Positions 1 to 10,133 are shown, numbered from the stretch's first letter. The stretch is DNA of 64,000 nucleotides from an uncultured Candidatus Saccharibacteria bacterium (GCA_964655375.1 CAZZNB010000045.1:2015-66014); one strand, 5' to 3'. Numbers and translations: made by a program. The notes: generated from the sequence alone by a model not told the origin.

Positions 1-738
1 AGTAATTAATTTTGCTCTATTTTTTAATTTTTCAAAGTTAATATCTCCATAAATTTTCCCATTTTCATAAGAATAACCAAAATCAATTAAAATTGCATTC
101 TTTTTGCATTCATTAATTATATTTTTTTCTCCAACTCCACTTACAATAATATCTGCCATTTTAAAAAATTTCTCTTTATTTTTTGTATTTTTTCTTACTA
201 CAATTACTGCTGATTTTTGAGTGCAAAAATAATGAACCAAAGGTTTCCCTGTTAATTTTCCATATCCAACAACACAAACTAATTTATTTTCGAAACCTAG
301 CTTAAATTTATTTTTAATATAATCCACAACTTCAACTGCTGGAGGTCTTATTATCCAATTATCGGTATAAAATTTGCCTAAACTTCTGCTAGATAAGCAA
401 TCTACATCTTTTTCAGGAGGGATTGAATTTAAAAAATATTGTGTTTTAAATTTTTCTGGCAAAGGAAGTTGAATGATTGCTCCATTAACTAAATCTGATT
501 TTATTATTTGACTTATGTATTTTCTAAGTTTTTTCCTTGAAATATTTTCTTCTACCTTATAAATTCTAAATTCTACATTTAATTCTTTTGCAATTTTTTC
601 TTTTATTTTTAAAAAACTCTCTTTTTCTTTATCCTCTCCTATTAAAAAGGCTACTAATCTTAATCTATCAAAATTTTCTCTTTCTTTTTTTAATTCTTCA
701 ATTAATTCTTTTTGCACTTGTTTACCATCTAAAATCAT
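1..738 (-). CDS. folD: Bifunctional methylenetetrahydrofolate dehydrogenase/cyclohydrolase FolD, C-terminally truncated by the window edge
   Basis: Manual translation of the minus strand from ATG at 738 gives MILDGKQVQKELIEELKKERENFDRLRLVAFLIGEDKEKESF...AIIQLPLPEKF...PEKDVDC...VVGYGKLTGKPL...ADIIVSGVG...ILIDFGY. This matches FolD family motifs (QLPLP, PEKDVDG-like, GRSxIVGKP-like). There is no stop before position 1. The ORF is missing from the supplied track. It lies next to glyA in one-carbon metabolism. Confidence 0.8.
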   Translation of the reverse strand, partial: MILDGKQVQKELIEELKKERENFDRLRLVAFLIGEDKEKESFLKIKEKIAKELNVEFRIYKVEENISRKKLRKYISQIIKSDLVNGAIIQLPLPEKFKTQYFLNSIPPEKDVDCLSSRSLGKFYTDNWIIRPPAVEVVDYIKNKFKLGFENKLVCVVGYGKLTGKPLVHYFCTQKSAVIVVRKNTKNKEKFFKMADIIVSGVGEKNIINECKKNAILIDFGYSYENGKIYGDINFEKLKNRAKLIT

Positions 739-741
739 TTT

Positions 742-1956
742 TTAATAAGGCAAAGGAAAGTTTTTTAAAAATTCAATTACTTCTTTTTTGATCTTGCGAG
801 GGTTTTCTTTATCTATCAATAATCTTTTTATCCATAATGCTATTTTTATCATTTCTTTTTCTTTCATTCCTCTTGCAGTTATAGCTGGCGTTCCCAATCT
901 TAAACCTGTAGGATTAAATGGAGAAATATCTCCAGGTAAAGAATTTCTATTAGCAAGTATATTTGCTTTTTCCAAAATTTTTTCCGCTGTTTTCCCATCT
1001 AAATTTAATGATTTTAAATCTATCAACATTAAATGATTATCTGTACCACCAGTAAAAAGATTGAACCCTAATTTTATAAGAGTTTTTGCTAACATTTTAG
1101 AATTTTTTAATATTTGTTTTTGATATTTTTTAAAGTTAGGCCTTAAAGCTTCTTCTAGCATAACACCTATAGCTGCTGTTTGATTATTATGAGGTCCCCC
1201 TTGCAATCCTGGAAAAACAGATCTATTAATAATTTCTTCTAATTCTTTTCTCATAAATATTAAAGCTCCTCTTGGACCCTTGAGTGTTTTATGAGTTGTC
1301 ATTGTAACTACATCAGCATAAGGAAATGGGGATGGGTGTAATTTTGCTGCAACTAAGCCAGCAATATGAGCAATATCAGCCATATGATAAGCTCCTACCT
1401 CTTTTGCAATTTCATAAAATTTCTTAAAATCAATTTTACGAGGATAAGAAGTTAAACCAGAAACAATTAATTTAGGTTTAAATTTTTTGGCAATTTTATA
1501 AATTTCATCATAATTTAATAATCCTGTCTTTTTATCAACTTCGTATTGTTTTACCTTAAATAGCTTTCCACTATAGTTTACAAAATGCCCGTGAGTTAAA
1601 TGACCTCCGCTAGATAATTTAAGCCCCAATAGCTTTTCTCCTGGCCTTAAAAGAGCTAAATATACTGCTAAATTTGCTGGAGAACCAGAATAAGCTTGAA
1701 CATTTACAGACCATTTTTTAGGATTTAAATTAAATAACCTTAAGGCTAATTTTTGAACATAAGATTCTATTTTGTCATAAATTTCATTACCTGGGTAATA
1801 CCTTTTTTTAGGATAACCTTCTGAATATTTATTCACCAAAGGACTACCTAGGGCAAAAAGAATATCTTTAGAAACATAATTTTCTGAAGGAATTAAATTT
1901 ATAGTATTTTGCTGCCTCAAAATTTCATTTTTTATTAATGCTTTTATATAGCTCAT
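742..1956 (-). CDS. glyA: Serine hydroxymethyltransferase
   Basis: 404 aa with SHMT hallmarks: LIPSENYVS, the PLP-lysine region TTHKTLKGPRGALIF and a GLTSYPR-like segment. Full-length similarity to GlyA. Confidence 0.9.
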   Translation of the reverse strand: MSYIKALIKNEILRQQNTINLIPSENYVSKDILFALGSPLVNKYSEGYPKKRYYPGNEIYDKIESYVQKLALRLFNLNPKKWSVNVQAYSGSPANLAVYLALLRPGEKLLGLKLSSGGHLTHGHFVNYSGKLFKVKQYEVDKKTGLLNYDEIYKIAKKFKPKLIVSGLTSYPRKIDFKKFYEIAKEVGAYHMADIAHIAGLVAAKLHPSPFPYADVVTMTTHKTLKGPRGALIFMRKELEEIINRSVFPGLQGGPHNNQTAAIGVMLEEALRPNFKKYQKQILKNSKMLAKTLIKLGFNLFTGGTDNHLMLIDLKSLNLDGKTAEKILEKANILANRNSLPGDISPFNPTGLRLGTPAITARGMKEKEMIKIALWIKRLLIDKENPRKIKKEVIEFLKNFPLPY

Positions 1957-1976
1957 TTATCCACAGTTTATCCACT
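1957..1976 (+). promoter_or_regulatory. Two tandem consensus DnaA boxes (TTATCCACA gt TTATCCACT) immediately 5' of the glyA start
   Basis: Both 9-mers match the TTATCCACA consensus exactly and are read directly in the sequence. An AT-rich spacer follows up to the next gene. Confidence 0.5.
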
Positions 1977-2039
1977 ATTTCGATCTATGTATGTTATAAT
2001 TTGATTATATATCTTGATTTTCCAAAATTATAAACCAAA

Positions 2040-2504
2040 ATGATTTCGAAGCGTAGCTTAATTTTACTGCTTATAGGCTTAATAATATTCATTTTTACTG
2101 AGACAGCAATATCGCCAATAAAAGCTTCTATTGAGCCGCAGGTATTTTCAGAAGACCTGTTTTTAAGCCTAGAAAATAAATCTTATTTCAAAACATTGAA
2201 TTCAGGAATTAAGAAAAAGTATATCGTGGTAGTTACTGGTTATTCTTCAAGTTATGACGAAACAGATGACGATCCTTATATTACTGCTTCTGGAGAATTT
2301 GTAAAAGACGGGATTGTAGCATGTAATTTTTTGCCTATTGGGACACGTATAAAGATTCCTTCTTTGTTTGGAGATAGAATATTTGTGGTTAAAGACAGGA
2401 TGAATCCAAGATATTACTATAGAGTTGATATATGGTTTCCTTCAAAAGAGGCTGCTATAAATTTTGGAATTCATTATAATGTAGAAATTGAAATAATAAA
2501 TTAA
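2040..2504 (+). CDS. Secreted 3D-domain (RlpA/MltA-like) cell-wall-binding protein
   Basis: N-terminal signal/TM segment. The C-terminal YSSSYDETDDDPYITASGEFVKDGIVACNFLPIGTRIKIP...VKDRMNPRYYYRVDIWF resembles the three-Asp 3D domain. Confidence 0.5.
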   Translation: MISKRSLILLLIGLIIFIFTETAISPIKASIEPQVFSEDLFLSLENKSYFKTLNSGIKKKYIVVVTGYSSSYDETDDDPYITASGEFVKDGIVACNFLPIGTRIKIPSLFGDRIFVVKDRMNPRYYYRVDIWFPSKEAAINFGIHYNVEIEIIN

Positions 2505-4159
2505 GTTAAAGTGCCTGTAATTCTTTCTACTTCTTCAATAGTTGTCATCTTCTTTAAAGCTTTAATAAGTCCTGCTTGTTGCAAATTTATAAATCCATCT
2601 TTTACAGCTGCTTCTAAAATAATCTTTTCATTAACTTCTTCATAAATTAAATCTTGTAATCGTTGTGTTATTTTTAAAAGTTCAAATATTGCTACCCTTC
2701 CTTTGTATCCTGTATAAAAACATTTTTCGCACCCTTTTGATCTTACAAGTGTAATTTCTTCTAAGTTTAATTGATTCTTAACATTTTCTGGTATAGTATC
2801 CAAGTTTTTAATTATCAATTCTTTTAAATTATTATCTGGTATATATTCCTCTTTACAATATTGACATATCCTTCTTAAAAGCCTTTGGGCAATTATAAGC
2901 CTTAAAGATGGTGGTATTAATGTTTTATCTATACCTAAATCTATTAATCTAGGAATAGCTCCTAAAGAATCATTTGTATGTAACGTTGAGAGAACAAGAT
3001 GCCCTGTTAGTGAAGCGTGAATAGCTATTTCTGCTGTTTCTTTGTCTCTTATCTCTCCTACTAATATCACATCAGGATCTTGTCTTAATATTGATCTCAA
3101 TCCTGTAGCAAAAGTATAGTTTTCAGCTGGATTTACTTGAGTTTGGGTTATACCTTCTAATTTATATTCAATAGGATCTTCAATAGTTATTATTTTTATT
3201 TCAGGCCTTTTAATTTTATTTAAAATTGCATATAAAGTTGTTGTTTTTCCAGATCCAGTAGGTCCAGTATTTAATATCAAACCATTTGGTTGATGAATAT
3301 AGTGATTTATAATCTCTAAATCATATTCTTCTAATCCCAATTTTTCTAAAGGAATCATTATTTTTTCTACATCTAATATTCTCATAACAATAGTCTCATC
3401 ATATGAACTTGGAATTGTGCTTACTCTTATTTCTATATTTTTCTTACCAAAATTTATAGAAAATCTCCCATCTTGAGGTTTTTCTGTAATATTCAAAAAC
3501 AAACCTGCGAAAAGTTTAATTCTGTTTTTAAGTAAACTATAAATAGACTTACTGAAGTTAGCTGTTTCATATAAAATCCCATCTATTCTGAGCTTAACTA
3601 TAATATTTTTTTCTGTAGGTTCTAAATGAACATCTGAGGCCTCAAACTTTAAAGCACCAGCCATTATATAGTCTAAAATTTCTAAAGGATTTTCTTTTTC
3701 AAGCTCAATTAAATATTTTTTTAAATCTTCTTTAGTAGCAAGTTCGTTTATTATTTTGTTTAGTTTTTCTTCATCCAAAACTAAAATTTCTGTATATTTT
3801 ACTTTCCTTGGCTTAATAAATCTATACTCTTGCCAAGCTTTTTCTAAGCTGCTGTAGGAAACTACACCGATTTCTATCTCAAATCCTCTGCTTTTAAGGT
3901 TTTCTATGTATTCTTTAAATTCAGCTTTTAAAGGATTAAGTGCTCCAATAATTAATTTTTTGCCATATTTTTCTATACCTACGATTTTTAAATTTCTTGC
4001 AATTTCTTCAGGAATTATACTTAATGCTTCAGGATCTACTGGATGAAGTTTTAGGTTAAAATATTTTAATTGAAGCATGTCAGCCAATTTTTTAGCAAAA
4101 TCTTCTTCTTCTCTTTTTTTAGTTTTTTCTAACAGCTCTTCTATTTCTTTTTCGTTCAT
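2501..4159 (-). CDS. Type II secretion / type IV pilus assembly ATPase (GspE/PilB family)
   Basis: 552 aa with Walker A GPTGSGKTTT, the GspE signature (Asp/His boxes) and a C-terminal tetracysteine region. Confidence 0.85.
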   Translation of the reverse strand: MNEKEIEELLEKTKKREEEDFAKKLADMLQLKYFNLKLHPVDPEALSIIPEEIARNLKIVGIEKYGKKLIIGALNPLKAEFKEYIENLKSRGFEIEIGVVSYSSLEKAWQEYRFIKPRKVKYTEILVLDEEKLNKIINELATKEDLKKYLIELEKENPLEILDYIMAGALKFEASDVHLEPTEKNIIVKLRIDGILYETANFSKSIYSLLKNRIKLFAGLFLNITEKPQDGRFSINFGKKNIEIRVSTIPSSYDETIVMRILDVEKIMIPLEKLGLEEYDLEIINHYIHQPNGLILNTGPTGSGKTTTLYAILNKIKRPEIKIITIEDPIEYKLEGITQTQVNPAENYTFATGLRSILRQDPDVILVGEIRDKETAEIAIHASLTGHLVLSTLHTNDSLGAIPRLIDLGIDKTLIPPSLRLIIAQRLLRRICQYCKEEYIPDNNLKELIIKNLDTIPENVKNQLNLEEITLVRSKGCEKCFYTGYKGRVAIFELLKITQRLQDLIYEEVNEKIILEAAVKDGFINLQQAGLIKALKKMTTIEEVERITGTLT

Positions 4160-4179
4160 TAAAAATATTATAAAAAGAT

Positions 4180-6261
4180 ATGAAAAGAAAATATAAATTT
4201 GTGATATTTATTGAAATAATATTCGTAGCATTATTGGCTATTTTCTTTATAGGATTAGCCATAGTTTTTGTATTAATAAGTATTTATGTAAGTAATCTAC
4301 CTTCAATTGAAATATTAACAGAAACTATTAGAGGTGGAAGTACTCAAATTTATGATAGGGAAGGTAAGGTTTTGCTTTATGAAATAGGATTAAGACAATA
4401 TCCAATTAGCTATGAAGAGTTATCAAATAAAGTGGTTTATTCAACTTTAGCTGCTGAAGATGATTCATTTTTTGAACATAAGGGGGTTAGCATTAAAGGC
4501 ATAATAAGGTCAATAATATTAAATTTAAAAACTGGTAGTTTAACTTATGGAGGCTCTACCATTACACAGCAACTTGCAAGAAATTTATTTTTAACACAAG
4601 AAAAGTCTATTATTAGAAAGATAAAAGAGATATTATTAGCTTTGGAAATTGAAAGAAAGTTTACTAAAGAGCAAATTTTAACTATGTATTTAAACTCAAT
4701 TAATTATGGGGCAGGAAATATAGGAATAAAAGCTGCTGCAGATTTTTATTTTAATAAAAATCTAAAAGATATTTCTTGGTCTGAAGCTGCTATTTTAGCT
4801 GCTATTCCTAAATCTCCTAAATATTATTCTCCTATTTATGAAGAAAACTTACAAAGATTAAAAAAAAGAAGAGATTTTATATTAAGAAGATTATATGAAT
4901 TAGGTTGGATAAATTATAATGAATATTTAAATGCGATCAATGAACCAGTTAAAATAAGCCAGAAAAAATATTACAAAATTGCAGCACCACATTTTGTAAT
5001 AGAAGTTAAAAAAATATTAGAAAAAATGTTTCCTGATACTAATTTGGAATCTGCTGGTTTTAAAGTAATCACAACTTTAAACTATAAGTATCAAAAAATT
5101 GCAGAAGAGGTTGTAAAAGAAGGTGCTTTAAAAAACGAAAAGAATGCTGGAGCTAAAAATGCAAGTTTATTAATGATGGATGCTAAAACAGGAGAAATAT
5201 TAGCCATGGTAGGATCAAGAGATTTTTTTGATGAATCTATACAAGGACAAGTAAATATGACAATGGCTCCGAGACAACCTGGGTCAGCTTTTAAACCTAT
5301 ATCCTATGTTACTCTTTTCCAATTAGGTTATCCTATAGAAACAATAGTTTTTGATGTTCCTACAAATTTCGGAACAGAAAGAAATCCTTATACTCCCAAA
5401 AATTTTGATAATAAATTTAGAGGACCTGTTAATTTAAGAATTGCTTTAGCTCAGTCTATAAATATCCCTGCTGTTAAGGTATTTTATTTAGCAGGACCAG
5501 AAAGAGTGGTTGAAAATGCAAGAAAATTTGGCTTAACTACTATAAAAGACTATAAAAATTATGGGCTATCTTTAGGATTAGGAACAGCTGAAGTTAGAAT
5601 GATAGATTTATTAAAAGCATATTCTGTCTTTGCAAATGACGGAGAAATAGTTTCTCAAAGTCTAATATTAAAAATCTATAATTCAAAAGGAGAAATAATT
5701 TACGAATACAAACCAGAAAAAGAAAAGGTAATAGATTCTCAACCTGTAAGAATGGTTAATGATATATTAAAAGATTATGAAGCAAGACGCGGTTTATTTA
5801 TAAGAAGTTTACCTTTAACAAAAATAGATGACTATGAAATAGCAATTAAAACAGGAACTAGCCAATTTTACAGAGATGCTTGGACAATAGGATATACTCC
5901 TGAATTTATAGTAGGTGTTTGGGCTGGAAATACAGATGGCAAACCTGTTAAAGAAGGACTAAGTGTAGTAGCTACATTACCAATATGGCATAATTTTGTA
6001 TCAAAGATTATAAAAGACTTTCCAAAAACAAAATTTCCTCCTCCTTTACCAGTTAAAGTTAATAAAATATTGCTAAATGGCGAATGGATAAGTCCTTATG
6101 GGATTCACTCTGAATTATATTTCATAGATCGAAATAATCCTTTAGGTCCTATGCCAACAAATCCATACAATGATCCTCAATTTTACAATTGGGAAAATGG
6201 AGTTCAAAATTGGATTAATAGTTTAGGATTTCAATTTTATAATCTAAAAAATTTTTTTTAA
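4180..6261 (+). CDS. Class A penicillin-binding protein (bifunctional transglycosylase/transpeptidase, PBP1A-like)
   Basis: N-terminal TM segment. GT51 motifs EDDSFFEHKG and GGSTITQQLARN. Transpeptidase motifs SAFKP and KTGT. Confidence 0.9.
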   Translation: MKRKYKFVIFIEIIFVALLAIFFIGLAIVFVLISIYVSNLPSIEILTETIRGGSTQIYDREGKVLLYEIGLRQYPISYEELSNKVVYSTLAAEDDSFFEHKGVSIKGIIRSIILNLKTGSLTYGGSTITQQLARNLFLTQEKSIIRKIKEILLALEIERKFTKEQILTMYLNSINYGAGNIGIKAAADFYFNKNLKDISWSEAAILAAIPKSPKYYSPIYEENLQRLKKRRDFILRRLYELGWINYNEYLNAINEPVKISQKKYYKIAAPHFVIEVKKILEKMFPDTNLESAGFKVITTLNYKYQKIAEEVVKEGALKNEKNAGAKNASLLMMDAKTGEILAMVGSRDFFDESIQGQVNMTMAPRQPGSAFKPISYVTLFQLGYPIETIVFDVPTNFGTERNPYTPKNFDNKFRGPVNLRIALAQSINIPAVKVFYLAGPERVVENARKFGLTTIKDYKNYGLSLGLGTAEVRMIDLLKAYSVFANDGEIVSQSLILKIYNSKGEIIYEYKPEKEKVIDSQPVRMVNDILKDYEARRGLFIRSLPLTKIDDYEIAIKTGTSQFYRDAWTIGYTPEFIVGVWAGNTDGKPVKEGLSVVATLPIWHNFVSKIIKDFPKTKFPPPLPVKVNKILLNGEWISPYGIHSELYFIDRNNPLGPMPTNPYNDPQFYNWENGVQNWINSLGFQFYNLKNFF

Positions 6262-6439
6262 TTTCTAATTCTATTTCTTTTAATGCTTCGTAGTTAATCT
6301 CTTTTTTATTTGTTCTTAGATAAATTTTTTTATTTTTATTATCTATCTTAATCTCACCTTTTAGATCAGGGTAAATATTTTTTATTTTTGAAGCTAAATT
6401 TAAAAGTTTTGTTTTTTTTATATTTATTTTATCCATCAA
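6215..6439 (-). CDS. Hypothetical small protein downstream of dnaN
   Basis: 74-aa K/E-rich ORF in an operon-like position after dnaN. It overlaps the PBP 3' end. No recognizable motif. Confidence 0.3.
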   Translation of the reverse strand: MMDKINIKKTKLLNLASKIKNIYPDLKGEIKIDNKNKKIYLRTNKKEINYEALKEIELEIKKNFLDYKIEILNY

Positions 6440-7563
6440 ATAGGCATTAATATATAAATAAAATCTTCTTCTAATGGAGATTTTATTAATGTTGGTTTTA
6501 TTCCATAATCTGATGGTACATTAATTCCTATAAATATTTTTTCGCTATCTATATTTTTTATACCTTCTGTTAGAAAATCTATATTATAAGAAATTTCAAA
6601 TTCCTCTTCTTGATCTGTAGATTCTAAATTTATATTTACTTTATTTATATTTTCTCCTAATACTTCATTTCTAGTAATCAATTCCATAAATTCTTCCTTT
6701 GGATTAATCTTAACTTTTATTTCTTTTGATTGATCAACATAAACCTTATTTAATCGTAATGCCTTTAAAACTTCATCTCTATTTATATAAAATATTATGT
6801 TAAAATCTTGTGGAATTACTTGTTGATAGTCTGGGTAATCTACAGATAATGTTTTTGAAAGTAAAACTTGGTCTTCTAAATCAAAAGTGACCTGAGATGG
6901 TTCTATATAGATTTTTAATTTTAATGGTTTTTTCTTTATTTTTAGATATTCTGAAATTATTGTTTCAGGTATCAATAATTTTTCTTCTTTTTCTATATTT
7001 GTAATTATCAAATCTTTTTTAAATTTAATTTCAGAAAGTCTTATAGTATCTGTAGTTACTAGTCTTATCCAATTTTCTGTTATCCACATATAAACTCCTG
7101 CAAATTCAGGTTTTATTACTTCTGCTGTTTTTATATTTCCATAAATTTTTTCTAAATAATTTTCAAATAATTTGTTATCTATTTCTATATATTTTTCTTC
7201 TGAGTATTTTGGTATTAAAGGATAATCTTCTTCTGATATTCCTGGTAATGTAGAAAATGTTTTTTCTCCTCTTAAAATTAATGTATTTTCTTTATTTTCT
7301 ATATTAATTACGTCTTCATAAAAATTTTGTAAAACTTCATAAAATTGTTTAGCAGGTATCAAAAATTCTCCTTCTTCTTCAATTTTTGCTAATAAAGTAG
7401 CCTTATAAGAAATTTCTAAATCTGTAGAAAATATGGTTAATTTATCGTTTTTTGCTTCTATTTTAAAAAAATTTAGAATACTAAGATCAGTTTTTTTAGG
7501 ACAAATTCTATTAACAACTGTTATTTTATCTATTAGTGTATTTTTCAATATAGATATTTTCAT
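6436..7563 (-). CDS. dnaN: DNA polymerase III beta sliding clamp
   Basis: 375 aa, located immediately downstream of dnaA. The N-terminus MKISILKNTLIDKITVVNRI is typical of beta clamps. The three-domain length is correct. Confidence 0.8.
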   Translation of the reverse strand: MKISILKNTLIDKITVVNRICPKKTDLSILNFFKIEAKNDKLTIFSTDLEISYKATLLAKIEEEGEFLIPAKQFYEVLQNFYEDVINIENKENTLILRGEKTFSTLPGISEEDYPLIPKYSEEKYIEIDNKLFENYLEKIYGNIKTAEVIKPEFAGVYMWITENWIRLVTTDTIRLSEIKFKKDLIITNIEKEEKLLIPETIISEYLKIKKKPLKLKIYIEPSQVTFDLEDQVLLSKTLSVDYPDYQQVIPQDFNIIFYINRDEVLKALRLNKVYVDQSKEIKVKINPKEEFMELITRNEVLGENINKVNINLESTDQEEEFEISYNIDFLTEGIKNIDSEKIFIGINVPSDYGIKPTLIKSPLEEDFIYILMPI

Positions 7564-7584
7564 AATATATAAAAGTTGTTAATA

Positions 7585-7593
7585 AGTGGATAA
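7585..7593 (-). promoter_or_regulatory. Single consensus DnaA box (TTATCCACT on the minus strand) in the dnaA-dnaN spacer
   Basis: The plus strand reads agtggataa at 7585-7593, in a 95-bp AT-rich spacer. Confidence 0.45.
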
Positions 7594-7659
7594 GTATTAA
7601 TTTTGCTTAATTATATTTATTTTTAATTCGACCTTTATGTAAATTTTATGTTAATAATT

Positions 7660-9009
7660 TTAAGTATTTAAAATTTTATCCTTTAAAATTTCAATTTCTT
7701 GATAAAGCTCAAAATTTTGTTGAATTTCTTTTTCAATTTTCTCATATGAATAAAGTACTGTGGTATGATCTCTATTATTTAATAACTCCCCAATAGTATT
7801 ATAAGATAATTTACTAACTTCTCTCAAAAGATACATCAAAACTTGCCTTGGTTTTATAATTTCTTTTCTTCTTATCTTTTTTATTAAGTCTTCCTCTTTC
7901 AAATTATAAAATTCAGCTACAATTTTTATTATTTTTTTAGGAGAAACTTTTTTAAAGCTTTGTTTTAAGTAATCTTTTAATAAATTTTCAATTTTTTCTT
8001 TGTTCAAATTAGTTACATTTTTAACTCTAAATGCAACATAATTCAAAGCACCTTCTAATTCTCTTATATTTTTTGTTATTTTTTCTGCTATGATTTCTAA
8101 AGAAAAATCTGGCAAAAAATAGTTTTTTTCTTGATTTTTAAGCCTTAATATAGCTAATCTTGTTTCAAAATCTGGAGGTGTTATATCCACTACTAATCCA
8201 CCTTCAAACCTAGATTGTAATCTTTCTTCGATATCTGGTATCATTCTAGGTGCTCTATCAGAAGAGAAAACGATTTGTTTACTAGAATTATATAATTCAT
8301 TAAAAGTATGAAACAGCTCTTCTTGTGATTTATTTTTGCCAGAAAGAAAATGCACGTCATCTAAAATTAAGACATCTATTTCTCTAAATTTTTGCCTAAA
8401 TTCATCAATTGTTTGATTTTTTAAAGCATTAATAAGCTCATTTGTAAATTGCTCTGTAGTAGCATAGCGTACCTTTTTTGTATTATTATATTTTCTTAAA
8501 ATTTCATTTCCTATAGCTTGTAAAAGATGAGTTTTTCCTAATCCAACCCCTCCATAGATAAATAAAGGATTAAATTTAATTCCCAAATGAGACACAACGC
8601 CTTGTGCTGCTGCAAAAGCAAGCTCATTATTACTTCCTACAACAAAATTTTCAAATCGATATCTGGGATTAAGATTTGTTGAAGGATGTACTTCAAATAT
8701 TGTTATTTTTTGTTGAAAGGAATATTTAGAAATTCTTTTTGTACTTGTTTTTGTTTGAGTATTTAGAGTGTATTCAATGTTTTTAATTTCTTGTATAAAC
8801 TCCTTTGCTGTTTTAAGTAATATTACATGAAATTTTGATTCAAGCCAGTCTTTTACTAATTTGTTAGGGACTTCTATTTTTAAAATGCCGTTATAAATTT
8901 GTATAGGGATAACATTATTAAACCAAGTTTTCAATGTGGGCTTAGGTACTTTCTTTTCTAACTCTTCTAATATTTTTTGCCAAATTGTTTGTAAATCTTT
9001 ATTTTCCAT
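7660..9009 (-). CDS. dnaA: Chromosomal replication initiator DnaA
   Basis: 449 aa with NPRYRFENFVVGSNN, Walker A GGVGLGKTHLL and a C-terminal HTH domain. Divergent from rpmH. Confidence 0.95.
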   Translation of the reverse strand: MENKDLQTIWQKILEELEKKVPKPTLKTWFNNVIPIQIYNGILKIEVPNKLVKDWLESKFHVILLKTAKEFIQEIKNIEYTLNTQTKTSTKRISKYSFQQKITIFEVHPSTNLNPRYRFENFVVGSNNELAFAAAQGVVSHLGIKFNPLFIYGGVGLGKTHLLQAIGNEILRKYNNTKKVRYATTEQFTNELINALKNQTIDEFRQKFREIDVLILDDVHFLSGKNKSQEELFHTFNELYNSSKQIVFSSDRAPRMIPDIEERLQSRFEGGLVVDITPPDFETRLAILRLKNQEKNYFLPDFSLEIIAEKITKNIRELEGALNYVAFRVKNVTNLNKEKIENLLKDYLKQSFKKVSPKKIIKIVAEFYNLKEEDLIKKIRRKEIIKPRQVLMYLLREVSKLSYNTIGELLNNRDHTTVLYSYEKIEKEIQQNFELYQEIEILKDKILNT

Positions 9010-9049
9010 GGTTTAAATAATTATAATAAATATTATATAATTAAATAAA

Positions 9050-9169
9050 ATGGCAACAATAAGGAAGAAAAAAAGAAAAACAGGTTTTTTAGCGAGATCT
9101 AAATATAAAGGAGGCAAAAAAGTATTATTACGAAGGAGAAGAAAAGGCAGAAAAAGATTAACAAATTGA
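9050..9169 (+). CDS. rpmH: 50S ribosomal protein L34
   Basis: Manual translation gives MATIRKKKRKTGFLARSKYKGGKKVLLRRRRKGRKRLTN (39 aa), matching the L34 consensus. Missed by the ORF track because of its size. The stop overlaps the rnpA start. Confidence 0.85.
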   Translation: MATIRKKKRKTGFLARSKYKGGKKVLLRRRRKGRKRLTN

Positions 9170-9486
9170 TGCTTTCAAAGAAATATAGATTTAAAAATTT
9201 TGATTTTAAAAAATTTCAAAAATCAAATAAAATTTCAAACGAAGTGTTTACTTTGATGAAAATACAGCCAGAAAATAATATACCTAAATTTTCAATTATT
9301 GTAGATAAAAAAAATATAAAAAAAGCTACTAAAAGAAATAAAATAAAAAGGAAGATTTATGAAGCAATCAGATTGAATTTAGATAAAATCCCTTTAGGAT
9401 ATTATTTGATTAAAGTCAAGAAAGATATTTCAAATGAAGATTTCAAAAGTATAGAAGATAGATTAATAAAGTTATTTAGAAAATAA
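9166..9486 (+). CDS. rnpA: RNase P protein component
   Basis: 106-aa basic protein immediately after rpmH, the conserved rpmH-rnpA-yidC order. The KRNKIKRKIYEAIR segment is RnpA-like. The start codon may be TTG. Confidence 0.65.
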   Translation: MMLSKKYRFKNFDFKKFQKSNKISNEVFTLMKIQPENNIPKFSIIVDKKNIKKATKRNKIKRKIYEAIRLNLDKIPLGYYLIKVKKDISNEDFKSIEDRLIKLFRK

Positions 9487-9491
9487 AAAAA

Positions 9492-10133
9492 ATGTTTCAA
9501 ACAATTTTCGTGGAACCATTAACTAACATATTAAAGTTTTTAAGCTTATATTTGAATGATTTTGGTTTAGCTATTATAACATTTAGTTTGTTTTTAAAAA
9601 TTTTAACATCGCCTTTATCATTTTTACAATTTAGAGAAGAAATTAAGTTAAAAAAAATAAATGAAAAAATAAATAAATTGGCAAAAAAAGAAAAAGATAT
9701 TTTTAAAAAAGCAGAAATAATATCGAAAATCTATGAAGAAGAAAATTTTAATCCTTTTTATAATTTTCTAATTCAACTTTCCACCTTGCCTTTCTATTTA
9801 GCTGCCTTTTTTGTTATTCAAAATTTTTTAAAAAATTTAACAAATCCTTATTTTTTGAATTTAATAGATTTAACTAAACCTAATATATTTTTAGGAAGCT
9901 TAGTTATTTTTATTCAATTGATTTTTGTTTTTATTCAACCTAAAGAATATAGAAAGATGCTTTTGTTTATAACTGCGATTTTTTCTGGAATAATTTTTTT
10001 GTTTTCTTCAGGATTTTTGCTTTATATTTTCGGTATAATTGTTTTAGGTTTAATAGAAAGAAAATTATTTAATTGGTATTACATAAAGTCTGGCGTCATT
10101 TCTGTTGAAGAAAATAACTCCTATAGAGGTTAA
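9492..10133 (+). CDS. yidC: YidC/Oxa1-family membrane protein insertase (short form)
   Basis: 213 aa with five hydrophobic segments. Conserved position after rnpA. LFLKILTSPLS...EEIKLKKINEKI resembles the YidC core. Confidence 0.6.
   Translation: MFQTIFVEPLTNILKFLSLYLNDFGLAIITFSLFLKILTSPLSFLQFREEIKLKKINEKINKLAKKEKDIFKKAEIISKIYEEENFNPFYNFLIQLSTLPFYLAAFFVIQNFLKNLTNPYFLNLIDLTKPNIFLGSLVIFIQLIFVFIQPKEYRKMLLFITAIFSGIIFLFSSGFLLYIFGIIVLGLIERKLFNWYYIKSGVISVEENNSYRG

Noticed and set aside
588-1036. Plus-strand ORFs 588-791 and 788-1036
   Set aside because: Low-complexity translations (poly-F/L/I) lying antisense to the well-supported folD and glyA genes. AT-rich antisense frames commonly stay open.
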